A DNA stretch of 20,000 nt from an uncultured virus (IMG/VR IMGVR_UViG_3300016472_000848) (Duplodnaviria > Heunggongvirae > Uroviricota > Caudoviricetes). Positions 1 through 8,658 of this stretch are shown here, one piece after another; position 1 is the stretch's first letter; each line of letters starts with the position of its first letter. The stretch is from positions 108,873 to 128,872 of the IMG/VR virus record IMGVR_UViG_3300016472_000848. One strand, written 5' to 3'. Both the position numbers and the translations under genes were made by a program. The notes below the pieces were generated by a model. It ran no database searches and was not told the origin of the DNA. It saw nothing but the letters and a program-made list of their open reading frames with translations.

Positions 1-813
1 GGCGGCATTCTAAAGGGATTTACTCAAACCGAAATATTTGTTAATGATTATTGGTCAGGTAAAGTTGCTCGTTGGTTCCAGCATCCAGAAGTTGTAATGG
101 CTGCTACAACTATGGCTTCTTTTGAAACCATCCACACTCAAGCCTATTCCCTACTTGACGAAACTCTTGGATTTGCCGATTATGAAGCTTTTCTTGCAGA
201 GCCAACCATTAAGGCAAAGATTGATCGTCTTGTAGAAACTGGTAATATTGATACAACGGATATGACCACAGAAAAGAAGATGACGATGGCTAAGTCTCTT
301 GCCGTATTCTCTGCTTTTACAGAAGGCGTTTCTCTTTTCTCTTCATTTGCTGTTCTCCTGCATTTCTCTCGTTATAATAAGATGAAAGGCATGAGCCAAA
401 TTGTTACATGGAGCATAAAGGATGAAACCTTACATTCGGAGTTTGGTTGTTATTTGTTTAGAACATTTGTTGAAGAAAATCCGGAAATCTGGACCGACGA
501 GTTCAAAAAAGAAATCTATCAAGCAGCAAGAGATACTGTGGCTTTAGAAGATAACTTTATTGATAGAGTTTTTGAACATGGTAATATTGAAGGTCTTACC
601 AAGGAAGATTTAAAAGATTTCATTCGTCACCGTGCAAATATGCAACTTGGAAAACTCGGTTTAAAACAAAACTGGAAGAATGTAGATAAGGAAGCATTGA
701 AGCGTATGGAATGGTTTGATGCTATCGGCGCTGGAGTTAGACTTGATGATTTCTTCGCCATTAAACCAACTGATTATAGCCGTGGCGTTGTAAATTTTGA
801 TGATATGTTCTGA
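1..813 (+). CDS. nrdB: Class I ribonucleotide reductase beta subunit (5'-truncated by window edge)
   Basis: Frame 1 is open from base 1 (GGILKGFTQTEIFVNDYWS...), so the track start at 97 is internal. Ferritin-like dimetal motifs are present: ETIH followed by TQAY (radical-site Tyr), FTEGVSLFSSF, DETLH, and a C-terminal DFFAIKPTDYS tail. Lies directly upstream of nrdA. Confidence 0.95.
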   Translation, partial: GGILKGFTQTEIFVNDYWSGKVARWFQHPEVVMAATTMASFETIHTQAYSLLDETLGFADYEAFLAEPTIKAKIDRLVETGNIDTTDMTTEKKMTMAKSLAVFSAFTEGVSLFSSFAVLLHFSRYNKMKGMSQIVTWSIKDETLHSEFGCYLFRTFVEENPEIWTDEFKKEIYQAARDTVALEDNFIDRVFEHGNIEGLTKEDLKDFIRHRANMQLGKLGLKQNWKNVDKEALKRMEWFDAIGAGVRLDDFFAIKPTDYSRGVVNFDDMF

Positions 814-885
814 TCTAACAAGTTTAATCAATTTTTTTCAACTGTTAAGATATGTAATAGAATAAACAGGATATTAAAGTAATAT

Positions 886-3800
886 ATGAAGACATTAGAA
901 GAATTAAAAGCAGAAGGCGAAGCACCGGAATGGTTGTCAAATGATGCATTTCAAATGTTGCAAGGCGGTTATTTGTGGAATGACGAAACTCCTAAACAGA
1001 TGTATCGTCGTGTAGCAGCTTCTGTTGCCCAATCTCTAAAGAAGCCAGAATTAGAAGATAAGTTCTTTAACATTATGTGGAAGAACTGGTTGTGCCCTTC
1101 TACTCCAGTATTATGCAACACTGGAACAACTCGTGGTTTACCCATAAGCTGTTTAACTGGCGATTCTTGGGTTAATACAAAATCTGGCGGAAAACAAATT
1201 AAAGATATTCAAATTGGAGATCAGGTTCTTACTCACAAAGGTCGTTGGCGTAATGTTATCTCAAAAACATCACAACAGTCCAAAGATCCAATTTATATCC
1301 TAAAAGTTCGAACAAGAATGACTCCAGTTAAGATAACTGGTAATCACTTGGTCCTAACTAATTTAGGATGGGTCCGTGTTGATGAACTCGACATTAGCAA
1401 ACATTGGATTGCCGTTAATAAAGATATAGAATACGAAGAGAAAGACTACGCCATTTCATTGAAAGAATATTGTCCATATGCTCACATAGAGCATGATGGA
1501 AAAATATGCAAAATTCAAGAAACAAAATCAAATAAAAAGCGAGATATGAGAAAAGATCAAATCTTGTCATATTATTCGCAACCATATGCAACTATACCTG
1601 TTGATGAAGAGGTAGCTTGGGCTCTTGGGTTATGGTTCGCAGAAGGTAGCAGAAGTCAAAATCATAAAAAATTAGCAAATGGTATACGTATTACAATAGG
1701 ATCACATGAAGAACACTATGCAAAACGTTTTCTTCATATAATGAAAGAAAAATTTAATTTAAATGGAAATTATTACTTTTCTGAAAGTCCAAATCCAAAT
1801 AAATCTGGATATATGAATTCTTGGATCTCAGTAAATGTAAATGGAAGATTAATAGGAGAATTCTTTGATAAAGAATTTGGAATTGGTTGCAAAAATAAAA
1901 AAATTCCTCAATGGATCATTGATTTACCAAGACCAATATTAAAATCCTTTATTCAAGGAGTATTGGATGGAGATGGAAGCCGAAGTGCATCAGGAACCGA
2001 TAAAATTACATTAACAAATGGACCAATGATTTTGGGAATGTATAATTCTTTATTAAAACTCAAGGTTCCATGCTCTTTGCAAATGCAGACTAAAGCATCT
2101 AAGTTATCTAAAGATTCCTTTGTATATACGATTGACATGTATGATGGATACGACATGTCAAAAGCAAGAAAAAGACCAGCCGTAGGTATTCAATTTGAAA
2201 ATAATCTTTATGCCCCAATAGCAAGTTTAATAAAAACTGATATGAAAGAAGAGGTTTTTGATATCGGAGTTGAAGAAGATCATTCTTTTTCGGTTAGCGG
2301 AGTTGTTGTACATAACTGTTTCTCTTCCTATATGGCCGATGATACTTATGAAATTTTAGAAACCCTACAGGAAGTAGCAATGCTATCCAAGTATGGTGGT
2401 GGAACAGCTATCCACGTTAATGATGTTCGTGCTAAAGGAACACCAATCTCCAAAGGTGGACACTCAGATGGTGTAGTTCCATTCCTTAAAATGGCAGATA
2501 GCGTTATTCTTGGTATCTCTCAGGGTTCTACTCGTCGTGGTGCTTGTGCCGCCTACATTGATATTGAACATGGTGATTTTGACGAGTTCCTTCAGTCTCG
2601 CAGACCAACCGGCGATACCAATCGTCAATGCCTTAATCTTCATCATGGTGTTTGCGTCTCAAATGCCTTTATAGACAAGGTAAAAGCTGGTGACACAGAA
2701 GCCCGTAGACGCTGGAAAGAGCTGATTAAGAGCCGCGTAGAGACAGGAGAGCCCTATGTTTTCTTTACGGACAACGCTAATGATCAAGCGCCGCCTGTTT
2801 TAAAAGAAACTGGTATTAAACTTAAAGGCTCAAACCTTTGCGTAACCGGAGATCAGATGGTTGTAACTTCAAAAGGATTACGTAATGTCATTGATCTTGT
2901 TTCTTCTGGCGAGGAATTGACTTTATTTGATGGAAGTAAAAAAGTAAATGCTTCTCCAATGAAGCTAATAGAAAAAAATGCTCCTGTATATCGTATTACT
3001 ACAAAATCTGGACGAACACATGACGTTACATCATATCATAAAGTAAAAACAATTCGTGGAATGATTGCTTGCGAGGAGCTTAAAGCTGGAGATAAAATCT
3101 TTGTTCAACGCAATGAAGGTTTGTTTGGCAATATACACAAGCCGGAAATGGCATTCTTATTAGGTCTTTATCATGCAGATGGCACACAGACCGACAAATA
3201 TGTTTATATTGACATTTGGGAAAATGATTTTGAACTTCGTTCAGAGATAGAAAATTCAATACAGAAAGTTTATTCTGAAGAGAATTGGCTTGAATATGAT
3301 ATTAAAAATCAAACTGGCGTAAGTGTTGGTAAAAGAAAAACAAAAATTCCAACTTTTATTAAACAAAATACTGGATCATCATCTGTTCAAAAAATCCGTC
3401 TTGGATCACATAAGTTAAAACAATTTGGTTTTAAAAAAGGTGTAATACCAGACTGGATTTATCAAGGTGATAAAGAAACTATTTCTCAATATCTAAGAGG
3501 GCTTTATATCGCAGATGGAACAATAAACATCAGCAAATCACATGGAAATCCTCTATATCTTTCACTAGCTTCAATTGATCGTGATTTTCTTGGAAAGATA
3601 CAGATAATTCTTTCTAATCTCGGAATTGAATCAAAAATATATATGATGAGAAAAGCGGGTAAAAGTTTATTGCCTGACGGAAAGGGCGGTAGTAAATATT
3701 ATGATACGAAAGACTGCTGGCGGTTAAATATTAGCAATAAAACTGATGCAATAAAGTTTGATAAACTTACAGGATTTCTTGCATATAAAGGAAAATCTCT

Positions 3801-4866
3801 TCAAGAAAGAAAGTATAGAGATAATACAAAAAAATATGACGAAGTGAAGTCAGTAACTTACTTAAACAATCAAGATGTATATTGCACAACGGTTGATTCA
3901 AAAGAACATGTTTGGGTTTGTAATTCTTTTATAACTTCAAATTGTTCAGAAATTTTTCTTCCAACAGATAAGGATCATACCTTTGTTTGCTGCCTTTCTT
4001 CCCTTAATCTTGCAAGATGGGATGAATGGAAAGACACGGATACGGTTCAACTATCTGTATGGTTCCTTGATGGTATTATGGAGGAGTTTATTCAAAAGGC
4101 GGCTAACTTGAGAGGATTTGAAAGAGCACTAAATTTTGCTCGTAAATCCCGTGCTCTCGGTCTTGGTGTCCTCGGTCTACACTCATACTTCCAAAAGAAT
4201 ATGATTGCATTTGACAGCCTACAGGCTTATCTCCAGAATAAGATCATATTCAAGAAGATTAGAGAAGAAGCTGAGTTGGCTACAACGGCTCTTGCTGCTG
4301 AATATGGTGAGCCAGAGTGGTGTCGGGGTCATGGTAGAAGAAATGCTACTCTTATGGCTATAGCTCCAACTGTATCAAACTCCCTTATTGCTTCTAACGT
4401 ATCTCAGGGTATTGAACCATGGATTGCCAATGCATTTGCTCAAAAGAGTGCAAAGGGAACATTCGTAAGAAGAAATCCAGAATTTGAGAAGCTTCTCAAG
4501 AGCATTGGACAGGATACCGATGAAGTTTGGGGCTCTATTCTTAAGCATGATGGAAGTGTTCAGCATTTAGAATGTTTAACCGCTGAACAGAAAGAAGTGT
4601 TTCTTACTGCAAGAGAGCTAAATCAATTTGCTATTGTTAAGTTAGCCGCCGAAAGACAGAAGTTTATTGATCAAGGTCAGAGCATCAATATTTTCTTCCC
4701 AGCTAACAGCGATCCAAAGTATATCAATCAAGTTCATTTGGAAGCAGCCAATAGCGGTCTTAAGAGCCTTTATTATCTTCGTTCTACATCTGTTCTTAAG
4801 GCAGAACAAAATAGTAATGCGGTATATAAGAGAGAGTTAACAGAATGCACATGGTGCGAAGGATGA
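886..4866 (+). CDS. nrdA: Class I ribonucleotide reductase alpha subunit precursor with two inteins; spliced product about 569 aa, no ATP cone
   Basis: Motifs PSTPVLCN, GLPIS|CF, SKYGGGTA, SQGSTRRGA, TGEPY, GSNL|CSEI, RALGLGVLG, MAIAPT, DQGQSIN, GLKSLYYLR and C-terminal CTWCEG. 1326 aa minus 389 and 368 aa of intein leaves 569 aa. Confidence 0.97.
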   Translation: MKTLEELKAEGEAPEWLSNDAFQMLQGGYLWNDETPKQMYRRVAASVAQSLKKPELEDKFFNIMWKNWLCPSTPVLCNTGTTRGLPISCLTGDSWVNTKSGGKQIKDIQIGDQVLTHKGRWRNVISKTSQQSKDPIYILKVRTRMTPVKITGNHLVLTNLGWVRVDELDISKHWIAVNKDIEYEEKDYAISLKEYCPYAHIEHDGKICKIQETKSNKKRDMRKDQILSYYSQPYATIPVDEEVAWALGLWFAEGSRSQNHKKLANGIRITIGSHEEHYAKRFLHIMKEKFNLNGNYYFSESPNPNKSGYMNSWISVNVNGRLIGEFFDKEFGIGCKNKKIPQWIIDLPRPILKSFIQGVLDGDGSRSASGTDKITLTNGPMILGMYNSLLKLKVPCSLQMQTKASKLSKDSFVYTIDMYDGYDMSKARKRPAVGIQFENNLYAPIASLIKTDMKEEVFDIGVEEDHSFSVSGVVVHNCFSSYMADDTYEILETLQEVAMLSKYGGGTAIHVNDVRAKGTPISKGGHSDGVVPFLKMADSVILGISQGSTRRGACAAYIDIEHGDFDEFLQSRRPTGDTNRQCLNLHHGVCVSNAFIDKVKAGDTEARRRWKELIKSRVETGEPYVFFTDNANDQAPPVLKETGIKLKGSNLCVTGDQMVVTSKGLRNVIDLVSSGEELTLFDGSKKVNASPMKLIEKNAPVYRITTKSGRTHDVTSYHKVKTIRGMIACEELKAGDKIFVQRNEGLFGNIHKPEMAFLLGLYHADGTQTDKYVYIDIWENDFELRSEIENSIQKVYSEENWLEYDIKNQTGVSVGKRKTKIPTFIKQNTGSSSVQKIRLGSHKLKQFGFKKGVIPDWIYQGDKETISQYLRGLYIADGTINISKSHGNPLYLSLASIDRDFLGKIQIILSNLGIESKIYMMRKAGKSLLPDGKGGSKYYDTKDCWRLNISNKTDAIKFDKLTGFLAYKGKSLQERKYRDNTKKYDEVKSVTYLNNQDVYCTTVDSKEHVWVCNSFITSNCSEIFLPTDKDHTFVCCLSSLNLARWDEWKDTDTVQLSVWFLDGIMEEFIQKAANLRGFERALNFARKSRALGLGVLGLHSYFQKNMIAFDSLQAYLQNKIIFKKIREEAELATTALAAEYGEPEWCRGHGRRNATLMAIAPTVSNSLIASNVSQGIEPWIANAFAQKSAKGTFVRRNPEFEKLLKSIGQDTDEVWGSILKHDGSVQHLECLTAEQKEVFLTARELNQFAIVKLAAERQKFIDQGQSINIFFPANSDPKYINQVHLEAANSGLKSLYYLRSTSVLKAEQNSNAVYKRELTECTWCEG
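1150..2316 (+). mobile_element. Intein 1 in NrdA with LAGLIDADG homing endonuclease (389 aa)
   Basis: Starts CLTGDSWV and has block B ITGNHLV. LAGLIDADG-like helices ALGLWFAEGS and FIQGVLDGDGS. Ends VFDIGVEEDHSFSVSGVVVHN, followed by +1 Cys. Removal restores GLPISCFSSY. Confidence 0.95.
2839..3942 (+). mobile_element. Intein 2 in NrdA with LAGLIDADG homing endonuclease (368 aa)
   Basis: Starts CVTGDQMV and has block B VTSYHKV. Helices LLGLYHADGT and YLRGLYIADGT. Ends DVYCTTVDSKEHVWVCNSFITSN, followed by +1 Cys. Removal restores the active-site GSNLCSEIF. Confidence 0.95.
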
Positions 4867-4870
4867 ACAT

Positions 4871-5560
4871 ATGACAATAAGATTAATAGATTTAAGAGCA
4901 CAACAAACAAATCCATTTCCAAGAAAGAAAAGCTCGGATGGTAAAATCATTAACACTTCAAAAGTTGTTAAAGGTAAGACAGTAGCAAGAGATCCTAAAT
5001 CTGTAACTGGAATAGGAATACATCAGACCGCCTGTGTATTCGGTCCTCTTGATGACAGAGAAAAGGCATATCGTAGAGCAGCAGGAATACCAGCTCATGT
5101 TACTGCATTTAGAGATGGTGTATATGTTGCAGCAGCACCATTAGATTGGTTTCTCTATCATGGTAATGAACTAAACTCTTTCTCTCTTGGTTTAGAGTGT
5201 GAAGGTCATTACTCTGGTTTATTAGATGATCCAAGAACACCCATTAGAGAAGATATTAAAACAACCTGGGGTGGTAAAGAACCAACTCCATTGGATGATA
5301 AGGCTATAGAGACGTTTAGAGCCGCCCTCAAATGGCTTGTAGATAATGGTAGAGCCGCTGGTATGCCAATAGAGTTTATCTGGGCACATAGACAGTCTAA
5401 TGGTCAGAAACCATCAGATCCAGGTATGGGTATTTGGAAACACGTTGTATTGGAATATGGTGTTCCGGTATTAGGTCTTAAAACCCAGACAGATAAATGC
5501 TGGAGAGATGGTAAGAAGATACCAGTTGAATGGGATCCAGCCGGTGTCGGCAAATATTGA
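4871..5560 (+). CDS. N-acetylmuramoyl-L-alanine amidase (Amidase_2/T7-lysozyme-like), probable endolysin
   Basis: Zn-amidase pattern IGIHQTA...PAHV...YHGNELNSFSLGLECEG...IWAHRQS...SDPG. Confidence 0.8.
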   Translation: MTIRLIDLRAQQTNPFPRKKSSDGKIINTSKVVKGKTVARDPKSVTGIGIHQTACVFGPLDDREKAYRRAAGIPAHVTAFRDGVYVAAAPLDWFLYHGNELNSFSLGLECEGHYSGLLDDPRTPIREDIKTTWGGKEPTPLDDKAIETFRAALKWLVDNGRAAGMPIEFIWAHRQSNGQKPSDPGMGIWKHVVLEYGVPVLGLKTQTDKCWRDGKKIPVEWDPAGVGKY

Positions 5561-5583
5561 TGCTTAAATAAAGTATAAAATAT

Positions 5584-6084
5584 ATGTTATTTAATATAAA
5601 AAGATTACAAAAATTATCTGGAATTCTGTCTGAGACAGAGCAAGAGAATGAAAAAAAATTAAGTAATATATCATATACTGGTATTGTTTTGACTGAAGCT
5701 TCACACAATGAATTGATTGAGAAAATCCGCAATAAGATACCAAAAAATTGGAAAATTGTTGCTCATCATGTTACGGTTAATTTAGGACCATATAAAGGCG
5801 ATATAAATTTACTAAATTCCGTACAGAAATTAAATGTAAATTCTTTTGCAATCAATAATAGAATATGTGCTGTTGGAGTTATTATGCCGCTTGGAATTCC
5901 AAGTAAAAATATCAACCCTCACATAACAATTGCTTTGAATTTAAATCCAGAATCTGAAGTTGAAGTAACTGCTAAAGAATCAAATAATTTACAATGGGAA
6001 ACAGCGGAAGCTCTTGAGCCATTTCCAATTAGTGGAAAATTGATTGAAGTTGTTAAGGATGACAATTCATTTGCATCTGCTTAG
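5584..6084 (+). CDS. 2H phosphoesterase (2',3'-cyclic phosphodiesterase-like) with an N-terminal leader
   Basis: Two HxT motifs (AHHVTVNLG and NPHITIA) about 50 aa apart. The ISYTGIVL start and KESN tail resemble RNA-repair CPDase domains. Confidence 0.75.
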   Translation: MLFNIKRLQKLSGILSETEQENEKKLSNISYTGIVLTEASHNELIEKIRNKIPKNWKIVAHHVTVNLGPYKGDINLLNSVQKLNVNSFAINNRICAVGVIMPLGIPSKNINPHITIALNLNPESEVEVTAKESNNLQWETAEALEPFPISGKLIEVVKDDNSFASA

Positions 6085-6125
6085 TCAAAGCATCAAACTA
6101 TTGATAATATATAAACTGTAATATA

Positions 6126-6458
6126 ATGGAACCAATATATTTTTTAGTAATTGCTAGCTATTTTGTAGTTTTTTCTATGGGATTTATTATAGCTCGTTTA
6201 AGCGGCACCGCTGTAACTAATTCTATTCCACAAATTCAGCATGAAAATCCAATCAGTCAAACAACAAAAGCAGTTATCGAAGAAAAAAAAGCAAATAAAA
6301 AAATAGAGATTGATGAAAAAAAGTTTATAACTGAAATACAAACTGATACCCTAGAAAAAAAGTTTAATGATTTAGGTAAGAAAACTGTTGCACAAGATGA
6401 GTCTTTAGGTGCGAATGTATCAAAACTTGCTTCATTAAAAAAAAATAAAGAGGGCTAA
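6126..6458 (+). CDS. Small protein with one N-terminal transmembrane helix and a charged soluble tail
   Basis: Hydrophobic segment IYFLVIASYFVVFSMGFIIA followed by a K/E-rich region. Function unknown. Confidence 0.7.
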   Translation: MEPIYFLVIASYFVVFSMGFIIARLSGTAVTNSIPQIQHENPISQTTKAVIEEKKANKKIEIDEKKFITEIQTDTLEKKFNDLGKKTVAQDESLGANVSKLASLKKNKEG

Positions 6459-6514
6459 TCGTGGGTTTTAAAATACCAGAAACAGAAGAAAAAAAACAAA
6501 AGAGGAGTAAGAAG

Positions 6515-8638
6515 ATGGCTAAATTAGGAAAAGGTTTAGATGTAGGTACATCTTTCATTGTACTAGCGTCTGAACATGATAAAGGTGCAGTTGAGTATAA
6601 AGATTTTCGTGATGCATTCTATGTAATAAAACCAGCAACACCAATTGCTGCAAAGATGATTGAAAAGGGTTTGACAGGTAAAACCTTCGTTAAAGATACG
6701 GATGGTTCATTCATCCTACTTGGTAAGGATGCTATTGAAAAAGCCATAGAACGCAATGATAGCGCCAAGCGTCCTATGTATCGTGGTGTTGTTTCCTCCA
6801 AAGAAAAGGATGCACGCAGAGTTTTGTCATATATTCTTAAAGAGGTAGCAGGAGAGCCAGCGGAAAAGGGAGAAAAGCTTGTATTCTGTATTCCTGCTCA
6901 ACCAATTGATCAGGAAGATGATGAATTTGACGTTGGTTATCATGAAGACGTTGTAAAGAAGGTTCTATCTGATGTTGGTTATGCTCCCCGAGCTATCAAC
7001 GAGGCAGAAGCCCTGTGCTATTCAGAGCTTGAAAATGATGATTATACGGGAATTTCGCTATCTTGCTTAATTCCAGGTACTAAAGTATATACTAAAAATG
7101 GCATTGTCAATATAGAAAATGTAAAGATTGGGGATTTGGTTTTTACTCATAAGGGTCGATGGCGTCCTGTAACAAATGTAATAACAAAACATTTTGAGGG
7201 AACGGCTACAAAATTGCAATTGCAAGGTTATTCGAATACATGCGAAGATTACAAATTTGTTGACAATCACGAATTATATGTGTGCCGCAATAATAAATGG
7301 CAATGGATCGGTTGCGAAGAAATTGAGGTTGGTGACATTGTAGGTGAACCCATACAGCAGCAAGATCGTTTTGGAAAAGGAGAGCCTGGAATTACTATAT
7401 GTGAGCGCACAACAAGCTCAAATACATATTCAAAAACTAGGATTGCAGCAACTCCAAATGTTCAAAGATTAGTTGGATATTTTCTTGGAGATGGAAGCGT
7501 TAATGAAGCAGAAGGTTGTATTCAATTTGATTTTTCAAAAAATGAAGAAAACAACATTAAAGATGTTCAGGATATCTTGTTGCGAAATTTTAATAAAAAT
7601 TCCTCAGTTGTTTCAAAAGATGAAAACTGTGTAAGAGTCAAATGTTATTCTAGAGGAATTTTAAATTGGTTTAAGAACCATTTGTATGATGCCGCTGGAA
7701 ATAAATGTTATCCATGGGATTTGGATCGCATTTCAAAAAATGACTGTATAAATCTTCTTACCGGTCTAATAAGATCAGATGGTACATGGAATGAAAATGT
7801 ATTTTCATTTTCAAATACAAATACTCATCTTATCTGGTTAGCAAAACAATTGTGCGCTAGATTAGGCTTGGCTGCTTCTATACATTATCGAGAACCAAGA
7901 ATCGGTGGTACAATTGATAATCGTACAATTGTTGGCAAAAAACAAGAATGGACCATATCGGTTGGTGCAAAACTAGGTTCACTTTCTGTTAAAGATTACA
8001 TAGAAAATGTAAACTGTGAAAATAGTAAATTTATTGAAAAAATGTACATTGATAATAATTTTATTTGTACTCATGTTCAAAAAATTGAAAATGAAGAATA
8101 TTCTGGAATTGTATATGATCTACAGGTAGAAGAAGATCATTCATTTACTGGGCCATTTTTAACAATACATAATTGCGGCGCGGGAATGGTGAACATTTGT
8201 GTAATGCTTAATGGTGAGCCTGTATTAACTTTCTCCACCACAAAGAGTGGTGACTGGATTGATCGTATGGCAGCGGTTGCTACTGGTCAAACAGATAGCA
8301 TTGTCCAGGCTGAGAAAGAAGGTGGAGATTTCACCATTGGAGAGCCTAATGATAATCAAATTCTTGCTGCTGTTTCTTCTTATTATGAACGTCTTATTGA
8401 TTATACCACCAAGCAACTTGCTGCTGCTTTAGCTGATCACAAGGATCTTCCAAAGTTTAAGGATCCTTTGCCGGTTGTAGTGGGTGGCGGAACAACGCAG
8501 GCTAAGGGTTTCGTAGCTACATTTGCAAAGAAGCTTGAAGCTAATGGTTTCCCTGTTGCAGTTAAGGAAGTAAGACACGCCGCAGATCCTCTTCATGCTG
8601 TTGCTAGAGGATGTTTAATTGCGAGTCAAATACTTTGA
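6515..8638 (+). CDS. Actin-fold ATPase, volactin-like, intein-containing precursor (707 aa; spliced about 337 aa)
   Basis: ATG 6515 has AGGAG at 6503-6507, so it is preferred to the GTG at 6461. Actin motifs: phosphate-1 GLDVGTS, connect-1 AINEAEA, phosphate-2 GISLS|CGAGM, SGDWID, adenosine VVGGGTT, connect-2 DPLHAVARG. Confidence 0.9.
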   Translation: MAKLGKGLDVGTSFIVLASEHDKGAVEYKDFRDAFYVIKPATPIAAKMIEKGLTGKTFVKDTDGSFILLGKDAIEKAIERNDSAKRPMYRGVVSSKEKDARRVLSYILKEVAGEPAEKGEKLVFCIPAQPIDQEDDEFDVGYHEDVVKKVLSDVGYAPRAINEAEALCYSELENDDYTGISLSCLIPGTKVYTKNGIVNIENVKIGDLVFTHKGRWRPVTNVITKHFEGTATKLQLQGYSNTCEDYKFVDNHELYVCRNNKWQWIGCEEIEVGDIVGEPIQQQDRFGKGEPGITICERTTSSNTYSKTRIAATPNVQRLVGYFLGDGSVNEAEGCIQFDFSKNEENNIKDVQDILLRNFNKNSSVVSKDENCVRVKCYSRGILNWFKNHLYDAAGNKCYPWDLDRISKNDCINLLTGLIRSDGTWNENVFSFSNTNTHLIWLAKQLCARLGLAASIHYREPRIGGTIDNRTIVGKKQEWTISVGAKLGSLSVKDYIENVNCENSKFIEKMYIDNNFICTHVQKIENEEYSGIVYDLQVEEDHSFTGPFLTIHNCGAGMVNICVMLNGEPVLTFSTTKSGDWIDRMAAVATGQTDSIVQAEKEGGDFTIGEPNDNQILAAVSSYYERLIDYTTKQLAAALADHKDLPKFKDPLPVVVGGGTTQAKGFVATFAKKLEANGFPVAVKEVRHAADPLHAVARGCLIASQIL
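7064..8173 (+). mobile_element. Intein 3 in the actin-like protein, with LAGLIDADG homing endonuclease (370 aa)
   Basis: Starts CLIPGTKV. Block B region FVDNHEL. Helices LVGYFLGDGS and LLTGLIRSDGT. Ends VYDLQVEEDHSFTGPFLTIHN, followed by +1 Cys of CGAGM. Confidence 0.93.
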
Positions 8639-8658
8639 TTTAAACTAGAATTTGAAAT

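Noticed and set aside
6461..6514. GTG start adding 18 aa to the actin-like protein
   Set aside because: ATG 6515 has an AGGAG SD at 7-nt spacing and places the phosphate-1 motif at the N-terminus, as in actin-family proteins.
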